From Paraspadella gotoi (lineage: Eukaryota; Animalia; Chaetognatha), in the NCBI GenBank assembly GCA_051294375.1, contig CM119267.1:15850105-15914104 (forward strand): DNA of 64,000 nucleotides. The letters are read 5' to 3'. The first letter of the stretch is position 1, and every line of letters starts with the position of its first letter. Made by a program: the position numbers and the translations under genes. Positions 1 to 10,673 of the stretch are shown here, in pieces. Below the pieces are notes generated by a model. That model did not search any database and had not been told where the DNA came from. It saw only the letters and a program-made list of their open reading frames with translations.

Positions 1-1050
1 TGATTGTTTCGGGCGTGATCGCACATTCGTCCGTGTTGAAATATGTCGGTCTCGCGCGTTAACCGACGTCAAATCAATTGTTCAAATGCCCCCCGTTTCG
101 GAACTGTCACGATCGCCAAGGGTCGCCTTCAGTCACGGTGTGTCGAAACGAATTTGCCCTAATCGTCGTTTTCGCGGGATATTCGGGCCCGAGGGCGCGA
201 CGCGCTCGCCTCGCGCATAAATTGACGCAAAAAGTTTCGATCGTTGTTTCGGGCGAGAGATCGAGAGACACAGTTTCGGGAAGACCTCCTCGTTTGTACG
301 ATTAACAAATCCCCATCGATCGATCTCTTTGGCGAAGGCGGTTGCCTCAGATTCTTAGTCGTAGTATTTGCCATTGGCATAGTGCAATTTTCTATATTTT
401 TTCTCTTTATTATCAAATACATAATACGGACAAATAAGCGAAAATTTTGGCGTTAGAATCATAATATATCCAAGGATCACGGATTATGTTTTTCAATTTA
501 GAATACTTCGCGTTCCCTAAAAGTGTCGGCCCGATGATGTCCATTCTCTCAAAAAAAAAAAAGCAAAAAAAAGCAAGAAGTAATTTCCTTCCTGTGTCCC
601 GACGCTCTCATGTAATTCTGAAGTTAAAACTGCGTTTTTCATTAATAGCCTTTAGAAGGCATTTCCTCCGATTCGCACCGGCTTTTTTTAACCCTCCTTT
701 TTTTAATAAACTTTCCCGTCAGAACTTTCTAGAATGTTTGGCTTACATTTTTCCCCTTCACTAAAAACTTTCGTTCTTTACTTTTTCGACGGGAAAATCA
801 GGGAAGAATTTTTCCCTCTTTTTTTCATGAAAAAAACCAGAAACATTCTTGTCATACAATGAAACTGCCAAATAAAACCTGCAGAGAGAGCGAATCGCAA
901 ATCTGTCACAATCGAATCATTTACACAGAATTGCCTCACATGTGTTTTTCGAGTTCAGAATTGATTTGTGGTTCTGCGATGTACAAATAGGCAATGTTTA
1001 AAAAGTAATTAATAAAGTAAGCGGAGAATTTTATTTTTTGTCAAAACTTA

Positions 1051-1177
<127 letters not shown>

Positions 1178-1662
1178 TTTTATCGAAGAAGCCAATGTGT
1201 CAGAAATTCCAAGCCATGAAAGTTTAAAAAGTTGGAATGTTTACCGAAATATCGTCCACTATTTTTAAGATAAATTTATTCGCGTACAAAATATAAAAAA
1301 TTCAAATGCGATAGTCAATTTTATAATACTCCTTATCTCAGCGATTTTAATAATAAAGTAGAAACAAATGTATCATAGTCGTATAGATTATGCTTCTCAA
1401 AGTAGACTACAAATAAAAATTGCAGGACATATACGTCCATAGAAGAAGTAGGGAATTTAAAAATTGAAAATTGTTTTCATTTTTTTCAGAATTTTAAATA
1501 AAAGAATACGACCCTTTTGTGAGTCACAAATTTTAATTTAACAATTTTACTCAAGAAATATTTCTCTCTCTTCATAGATTGAAAGAAAAAGTCTGAAAAG
1601 TTTTCAACCAAAATTGTTGATATTCACTTGACGCAAAAAAGGATGCAGTCCGTTCACGGCGC

Positions 1663-4600
1663 TCATCTCGGAAACTTGTTTGAGCAAAGCTTTGTCGCGG
1701 CTTCGTTGTCTTCTTTGCGCGTCTCCTCGTCGCGATGCGCTCGAGCCCAATCCGCTAAGATGTCGAGCAGTTCACCTGCAGCCGCCATTCTCTATGATGG
1801 TACGACTGTTAAAGGGAGCGATTTTTTAATTGTAAAAACAATATTAGTTGTTAAGTTTTCAAAGATTAACATTTTTTCCCTTTTTTTTCTTTTCCAGTAA
1901 TAAATGATTCATTTACCTTTTTTCTCGCAAAGGCTCGTCTTCTGACAGATGTTCTGTATCCGCCTATGACATAAAATATGCAATTACAATTTTTTTTTTT
2001 GTTTAAGACAAGCCATCTAATACACCCAGGAGTTTACTTGAAATTCTGAGAGATTCGTTTTTTGTTAAATGGGTCGGCGTCATCGGTTTTAATTCCTGAA
2101 AACCAGAAAAATAATCAGTTCAACATAACACATTACATTTACTTTTTACTTTTCAATCACGTTCATATCATCACTGATATCGGACTGGCTAAATATTAAA
2201 ACATATTCGTTAACCAATCAACATTCAACAAGGTACGTTTTTTTCCTCGTCATTTTCGTTTCCTCAGCGAGAAATTCGTCATTTCCGGGTCACAACTGAG
2301 AACAATCAAGCTTGCGTCCCTCGCTTCCACAAACGATTGCCTGAAATTGAAAGCCAAATTGGTTTCCGCTCCGTCAAGGCCGGTGGCACGAAAAAAAACG
2401 CCGGAAAGCCTTTTGATTCTATTCCGTTTAATGAAACAATGTAACAAATTGGACGCCAAGGTCAAAGAATGACTTTTACGATCTAAGGGCAAATTTTTTT
2501 TTCTCTCAGACTCAGGATTGGTTTTTTCAATGTTTCACCTGACTTTTCTTTGCCGTGGGAGAGCTGCCTGAAAATAGCTTCCGCTTCTACGTCGACATTG
2601 AAAGGATCTTCCAGTCGCTCAAAACGGCCTGGCGCACGGCTTTGTTGCAACCCTCGGCTAAAGTTAATATGAAATTGGTACACACCCACTAATGAAGCTG
2701 AGCTACTCTTGACTCTGACTTGATCACGTGAACGGACTGAAAGACAGGCTATGTGATGATAAGGAACACTGCAGCTATCCTCCATCATCTTTAATTTTAA
2801 TTATGTTACTTTATGATTTATTAGCATTTTATTTTTAATTGGTTGACTGAAAAAAAAAAGCCAATAACGATCGTTCAGAAAAAAAAAAGGTCACAAAATC
2901 TGGAACAGCTGTCCGTCCCTTAGCATTATCGGAGCTTCAGATTCGTCTTGCTTTGAAAATAGGCAGAGCGCACCGTAATCTAATCCCGCTGACTAATTAT
3001 CGTCGAAAATTAAAAGGGGGGAGAATCCCCTCTTTTTACCTGTCGCCAAGAATTTACGGCCATTAATAGTCCATTACCGATTTTCTCCGGTTTCGAGCAA
3101 CAAGTCCAGAATTGCGGAACACGCCTGGGTGAAACATCTTGAGGAGGTCTCTGTTGCTGATGCAGGTTTTTCGAATGGAGGTGAGCCATTTGTTGAGTTC
3201 GTTAAAGTCTTTCGCCTGAAGAAAAGTAGACTATTTTTAAGATGGCATTGAAAACAAGAAGTCAGTGGGTTTTGACAAAGGAAAACTGGCCTTATTTTCC
3301 CAGAACGCCCCATTTTATCTTAAATTTAATTTCTCTAATTCAAGATTAGGGTTAGGGTTAGTGATGAGGGTTAGGGTTTGAGATAGGAAATGGATTATAA
3401 GTTTAAAATATATTTAAATTAAATGTTAAGTTAAAATTAATTTCGTGATAAAGGAACAGAAATGGGGCGCTCTGGAAAAAAAAAAAAAGAGCCCGAAAAC
3501 CTAGCCTCTGATTACAGAATAATCTCAAGTCACACCTGTAAATAGAGCGTTTGGTTAAATCGCTCTTGCTTTCCTTCGACAATTTTTTTCCGGGTCTGAC
3601 ACGCGAGCTTCTTTCTCTATTATCACCTGTAGACGTTTAAAACGAATAGTCAAGCAATCAACTATTCAATTTTAGTAATTACTGTACTTACTCTACTTAT
3701 TGTACAAAGGATATTAAATTCTAACCTGAAAAACATTATATCTTTTCCAAAGGCGTCGATGTCTACAAGTTCGACGCAGCAGATGGCAGAGGTTGGGATC
3801 GAAAAACGAACCTGTCATCAAAATAATATATCAAGCATCAGACTTTTCAGTGGGCAATGGGCAATCGGGCATTATATGCATTATATTAACAACTAATAGG
3901 GCCTAATTAAAAGTAAGAAATTGTAAAGTTCGTGAAATTCAAAAGAAACCACTTCAGTACACACACTGAAAAGCAAATCAGATTAATTCACAAAACAATG
4001 TAGGTCTGATCAATTTAATGATTTAATTAGAACACAGACCGACGGGCGGTAGTAAGACGAAAAAGGAATGAATCGCTATTGGCTATTTTATCGATGCTCT
4101 CTCGACTCGTCTCAGACCTAAACCGACTCGCCTGATCCGCCTGATGTTTCGAGTAGCTCAATAGTTCCGGCGTGAGACGGAAGTACCTCGCGCTGAAGGC
4201 CTTGATCTTGAATTTGTTGGCGACGCGATCGGCGAAGCACTTTTGCAAAAACTCCTTCCTCGACGACGAGATTTCGGTGATAAACAAAGTTGGCGCTCGT
4301 GTCTCCGTTGGCGCTCGAATCCTGAGAGAGGATTAAACCGATTTTTTTTAACCGCCCGTGGGAGAAGATTGTCTGTCTGGCGTCCGCGCGCTTGACAGTT
4401 ATTAATTTAAGGACCGGGTAAGAATGCCTCAATTAGTCGGTCTATTATCCTCGTTAAATTAATGGTTAATAAAGAAATCCGCCTGTCAAATGTATATGAA
4501 TTTGAGGTTTTTAGAAATTTTTTTTTGTCTTTTTCAATTCTCAAAAGGGAACTAAAGGAGTGAGGGGCAAAGCCAAATGAAAAGGTCTTAAAACGCGTCT

Positions 4601-6530
4601 GGTATTTTCGTTATCCTTTGCTCGATTTAAAAGTAAATACCGTTTGACTTTTGGTTCGCAGAGTCGAGTTCCCGGAACGACCCTGGCTTCTCGGCGGCCA
4701 ATCTTTCCGTCGACGCCGTCGGAGATTCGGGCTTCACCAACTCTTTCACAAAGTCGGTGCACCGTTTCTATCGAGGTTAAACAGATTTAAGAGGGTTCGA
4801 AAGAGAAGGGGATATAGTCGAAAGAAAGGGAAGGCAAAGGGATAGAAATGAGGCGAGAAGAGGAAACAAATGGCACTTTTACAAAAAGAAAAATTAATGC
4901 AATAAAACTGTTAATAACTGTACCCTGTATTCGGAGAGGAGGGTTCCAAGCGTTCGTCCATTCATCCTCACCCTCAATGTCGTAGTCGCAAATCAGCTTG
5001 AGACACTGAAAACCAAGGAAAGCCGATTTTAAAAAGATAATCCGAAACGACGGGCGTTTGCAGTTGCATTTGCGACATCAAAAAAAAGCATTATATCAAA
5101 GAATTTTAAAACAATTAATATATCGTCTAGAAGGAAGAGAGAGTACATTCAGATTTTAAAAAAATATTAGAGGTTTAGAGTAATGTTTTTTTTTTAAATT
5201 TTGTCTAGATATTATCACAGATGATCAAATTTTTTACTTAAAATCAGAGCTTCCAAACCTTGGACAAAAATCCGAGTATTTTCGCTGCTCTGGCCGACGG
5301 GTGTTTTTCCGTCAACAGGTAGATTTCGGATTAGCCAAGGCCTCTGCAAAAAGTCCCCGACACCAGTTTCGCGACGTAGCCAAACTTTGAATCCTGTAAT
5401 AGCGGGTAGGTGTGGCTGGGTTAAGAAATTAAATGGATTTGTGAAAAAAAATAGCGAACCTTTTCCGATGTTCCGCATTTTTTGTTCTGTCATAGTATGT
5501 ATGTCAATTAATCATATTATTACCTCGAAAATTGATTGAAAATGTGCGTTTCTCCTTTGAAGTCGTTGGCCCACTTCTTCTGGCATCTGTGAAGGAGTCG
5601 ACGAAATACTCGTCGGATGACGGGAGGGCACATTGACGCAGAAACTAAAACCGACTCCAACAACACTGGAAACGTCAAACGAAATGAGAAAGTTTGTATT
5701 CATTGTTGACAGCGAGTAGAAATATTTTAGAAAAGTAGAGATTAAATTTTTACTGTACTAATGTTTCCTTCACAAAATACAGAAACATTCTAGTTTACAC
5801 AATCTATGTCATCTTTTCGTCCAATCGCCCCCTTTTTCACTTGACAAATAATTGTGAGAGTCGCCACGCTGGTCTGAAATATCATTTCGTTGTTCTTTTT
5901 GTCGCAGACGCTTCGAAAATCCAACTCGACCAAGCGATTCTCCTCATAGATTCTGTTCACCGTGTTCGCCATCACGTCGGACAGGTAAGGCTGCCCTACC
6001 AACTGCGATAAAAATGATGAGATAGGTGAGGAAATACGGTTATCATAAATCTTAATACCTTGATGAAATACTTGATCGATTCAGAAGCCATCGTGCTGTC
6101 TGAAAACAGATCGCTTGGATTTTCTGTTTGTTAACACATGGGAAATAGAAACAGAAAAAAAAGGAGTAAAGTTAAAATAGTTTTGTTTTTTATTTCGCCT
6201 AATCCGATGGCATTTTCGTTTTCATTTCGCCCAAAAGCAATTAAATTCAGTTGCCAATTTATTTCACTCACGACAGTTGACTATGGCCTTTTCGACGAGA
6301 TAATCGATCAACGTCTCGATCTCCCCTCTACCGAGAAATAGTCGAACTAAGATGCGCGTCGACTCCGCCACATCCAAGTTCCCTCGTCCTCCAACATGTC
6401 GAGGACGCAGGATGACTTGAATTCAGGGACCTTTCAAGGGAGCAGGGAAAATTTTAGGGGGTTGTAATTGTAAACGTCGATTATCAATGTTATCATCAGA
6501 AGTACCATCATTTATCAGCGCAGGAAAGGG

Positions 6531-6620
<90 letters not shown>

Positions 6621-7900
6621 ACAAAATTGCTTCGTTAAATTATATGCAAAGTGGGGTGACTCAAAAGACAAAGACGACGAAGACGACGACGAACAGACGA
6701 CGGTGTAATTATGTAGAAGTAAAGAAATGTAACGTTTACATACTCACAGACATAATGACTCAATAAATTTAAAAAATTAAGTAGAGACTAACAGAAGATG
6801 GGCCGCCCCGCCGCTCGTCATCGCCCTCGCTCTTCTCCCGCACAGAATTTAGCAGAAGGAGCACCAATGGCTGGTACAAGGTTGACGGCAAAATCCGATC
6901 CTATCCACAAAATTAATATATTAATTAATAGTATATTATAATATTGGAGAAGACGAAAATTGAGGTCGCCTAAATATAAAATAAAGTATATAATAAATTG
7001 ATGAATTTGTTTTTATTGTGTTTGCTTAGACTCTCACCTCTGTGAGTCTGATCCGAATTTTAATTTGACCCAAGTTTTTGTCTTGCATCCCGGTGATCGA
7101 GGAAAGGAGCGTTCGACGACCGCTGAGATTGCGTCCACAGAAACAATGGGATAATTAATCGCCAATGGTAAATGTAAATAAAATCAGGAGCATTTTCTCG
7201 ACTCTTGAGTGGAAAACTTCATGAAAGATGATGATGATTATGATAATGATGATGAAGATGATAAACGAATATTCAAATGGAAAAAAACGGCAACAGACCA
7301 CAATGACGAGGACGACAACGAAGACTACTCTCACCCTCTAGCGGCGTCGCCTCCGGTTGCCAATAACGTCGACGGCGCCCGAATCAAGGACGATGAATTT
7401 CGCGTGGAGTCGCGTCGTCGCGGCTGCACCGGAAACCAATCGTCGAGTGGCTCGTCGAGCCTCAGGTCTTCGATTTTCACGCGAACCTTATATGAGAACA
7501 ATGAAATATTCTAATCTCAGTCATCAAGATAATATTTTTGATAAGCGAATCTCTCATACTTCGTAAAATGATATATCTATCCAAAGTAGCCTCATACGTA
7601 TTCATTTATTTCTCCCATATTGAACATTTTCTTTTACAGTAGTTAGAAAATAGTACATCTATAACGCATTTTTTTAATATTTGATTTTGAAGATTAACCT
7701 GAGACTTTTTACCTCTCCCATGAAATCGTTGTGTGAGAGTCTGTCCACAATCCCAAATGGTAATCTCGATCTCTTCACCGAAGCGATGAGGCCCCATTGT
7801 TTTTCCTCGTCGATGACGGCGTTGTTGTTGTTGTTGTTGTTGTCGTCGTGGGAAACTCGAACGATTCCTTCCACGTCGGAAACCGCGTTTTCTTTATTGT

Positions 7901-7973
<73 letters not shown>

Positions 7974-9963
7974 GGACTTCGAATTGAATATCGATATATT
8001 TAGCAAAATTTAATTTTAAAAATAGCTTACATAATTTTTAAAAAAATATTAAGTAGGAGGAAATAAGGGACGTAATAGAGAAAAACAACAANNNNNNNNN
8101 NNNNNNNNNNNNNNNNAAAACCACAAACAATGTTTTTCTCTAACTTTGGTTGTTTTTGAAATCCCGAGACAGTGAACGCGGACGAACGGGTCAGATGTTC
8201 CGGATGAATCTTTGGCCATCAAGTTCCTGGTTAAAACCCAATACGTAAATGCGATGATCAATATAGACGTCCTTATAGTTATAGTTATATAGTTCCGGAA
8301 TTTTAAATGAATCTTAACTAGGTACAATTCAACATTATAGAAATAGGACGCAAACGAATCCAGAATAGGGAAAGCTCTCGCCTTGATTTTGGTCGAACCT
8401 GGCTTCAACGACGGAGACGACGAAAACATCGTCGCCTCCAGATTTTTTACGGCGACAAAGTTGAAGCCGCATCTCCCCTGAACTTCGGCATCGCGGCACA
8501 CTGGGCTCAGGGAAATCCAATTGTCGAAAACTAGAGGGCGCGAGAGCGAGGAAACATAAACAAAAGATATCTCTCGCTGTCTGTCTCGGTTTCTTTTCAT
8601 TAAATTTCTTTTCCTTATTTTTCCCACTCTTTCTCTTTCCTCTTTCTTTCTTTCTTCTTTCTTTTCTTTCTTCTTTCTTTCTTTCTTTCTTTCTTTCTTT
8701 TCTTTCTCTTTCTTTCTCTCTATTATTTTCCTTTTTTTCTTTCTATCTTTCTTTCTCTCCCTTCCATTCTTTCCTCCTCGTCGTTTCTCTTCTTTGGTTA
8801 CCATGTCCGTTGTTCTTGAGGTCTTTTTTAAGAATTTGACAACAACCGATTGTGTCGTCGCCGCTGACGATGTCCTCGTCGTAGAGTAGAGAGAGACTTC
8901 CCGGAATCCCCCGGAAGGTGAAATGTGTAGTCTTCTTCCCACGAGGGATTCAAACACTTCCAAACTGTCTTTGTCTTTTCCAGTTTGAGGAAAAAAAAAG
9001 AACAAGAAATATTAAAATTGAATTTAAACTTAAAATATAGTTCTATAATCCTATTTCTCCATTGCAACTGTACCTCGCAACTTTTTCGTTGTCGACTTTT
9101 ATGATGCAGTAAGGATCGCTGGTTCCCGAACATATATAACGATACGAAAATGAAAATTGAATCATGGTTTAAAGAAAAAATATTAAAAAAGGTTTACAAG
9201 TGAGTACACCTTTAAATACAAGGACGTATAAATATTAAATAAGTAGAACCTTCTTGTGGTGGAAAAAGTTTGGAGCAACCATTTGTTCTAAATATACACT
9301 GCGGCGCAAAAAAAAAAGTAGCCACTTATTATTTACACCGAAAAAACTATATTGGATGGATGAATTTCACAGAGATATAGAAACATAAAACAAAGCTTAT
9401 TGAAAGATAAAGCGATTGGTCCAGTCTCATTAAAATCGATCGATGCGTTCGAAAGTTATATATCTGAGCGAGAATAAAATAATTTTAATCAAGAAGAGTT
9501 TCTGACTTTTCCTTATTATAATATATTTATAAATTCAGCATCAAATATCTGTAGGGATAGGTGTCAACCATATTTAACCTAAATCAAATTAAAAATAAGT
9601 AGGGAAACTATATAGAAGAACAATCTGTCTCTCTCTCTCTCTGTCTCTCTCTCTCTCTCCTCTTCTCTCTCTCTCTTTCTCTCTCCTCATATTTAGTTGT
9701 GAATTATTATTTTTTTCCTGTTAATTCTTTACCACTGATGATGGCATAGAAAATTTATGCTGAAATATATGGAAAAATAAAACTTTTGTCATAGCACAGT
9801 ATTGAAAATATTCCTTATACTAATGACCATATACTAATTAATAACAAAATTTCAAGCCATATTTAACTTACAAATCTTTGGCAATCAGATCTCGAGCGGA
9901 TACAACTTGGATGGTCAATGTCGTTTTGGTCCATGACCGGCTGTCCGATGGAGGTAATGACAT
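1663..9963 (-). CDS. GAP1-family Ras GTPase-activating protein-like gene (RASA4/RASAL1-like; C2A-C2B-RasGAP-PH-BTK), multi-exon, with apparent frameshifts
   Basis: Minus-strand exons read MSLPPSDSRSWTKTTLTIQVVSARDLIAKD (ATG at 9963), SGTSDPYCIIKVDNEKVAR and TKTVWKCLNPSWEEDYTFHLP (C2A), and RNLMAKDSSGTSDPFVRV...DRLSHNDFMGE (C2B). RasGAP exons: LVRLFLGRG, VGQPYLSDVMANTVNRIYEENRLVELD, MCPPVIRRVFRRL. PH exons: FSARYFRLTPELLSYSK, NELNKWLTSIRK. BTK region: FHPGVFR...GCNKA...DPFNVDVEAEAIFRQL. The last exon ends ...NKFPR* at 1663. Domain order matches the GAP1 family. Confidence 0.85.
3294..3480. mobile_element. Small inverted-repeat (MITE-like) element containing TTAGGG units
   Basis: ttttcccagaacgccccattt (~3294-3314) is an imperfect inverted copy of aaatggggcgctctggaaaa (~3460-3479); internal ttagggttagggtta...gggttaggg at ~3346-3377; intronic. 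Confidence 0.45.
6535..6615. repeat. (GA)n microsatellite
   Basis: Perfect GA run in an intron. Confidence 0.95.
7904..7972. repeat. (GA)n microsatellite
   Basis: GA run in an intron next to the assembly gap. Confidence 0.95.
8092..8116. other. Assembly gap (25 N)
   Basis: Run of N characters. Confidence 1.
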
Positions 9964-10159
9964 TTTCGATGTTAATTGTGGCGGCTGTTTTTCTTTTTCT
10001 CGATTAAAAGATAATTATCCTTTTTGATTGTTACTTTTATTCGCAGGGGAAAAAAAACGCTTCCGAACGAGGTAACCGGAAGTAGTCCGCGATTCTGGTA
10101 TCGAATCGCGCGTCGCGAAAGCGCTATCGGAATTATTTAGTGGAGCGCGCGCGTTCTGT

Positions 10160-10192
<33 letters not shown>

Positions 10193-10673
10193 CACGCTCT
10201 CATTTTTTCAATCATCCGATACTAGAGTACCTGCGTTTACTGACAATTAGTGAGGGCGCGGTCGTCATCACCCAAGGCGACTGAATGGAGAGAAGAGAAT
10301 ACGATTTCCGTTCGCCGAACCTTGATCCGAGGAAAACGGGAAAGGGCGGGGCTGGAACAAGCGCCGGACAAAGAAGGGCATCGACTAACGCCGTGAGCGA
10401 AAGAAAGGGGGAGGTGGTGGTTGGGAAGCGGCTACATGGAGATCAGTTGTTTAGCTTATTCTCTCCACCGAGTATCGAAGGAATGCTGGATAGTGGATAC
10501 TGAACACGATTAAGAATCTTATTAAATTAATTTTATACAAAAAATTTAACTCTAAATTAAAATATGAATTTCGGGCGTTGGATGTTACGAAAACTACGTG
10601 TCGTGACGTAGAGACGCTTTCTTTCTATAAATATCCTACTTAAAAATCCCCATTAGACGATTTCGAGAGGAGG

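Noticed and set aside
1-480. Short ORFs in a CpG-rich patch at the window start
   Set aside because: No recognisable product; probably regulatory or part of a gene outside the window.
3346-3377. Telomere
   Set aside because: Only a few degenerate TTAGGG units inside an intronic inverted-repeat element.
8049-9005. 318-aa minus-strand ORF as a single protein
   Set aside because: It is a chance read-through of RASA-like exon fragments, a purine-rich intron and the N gap.
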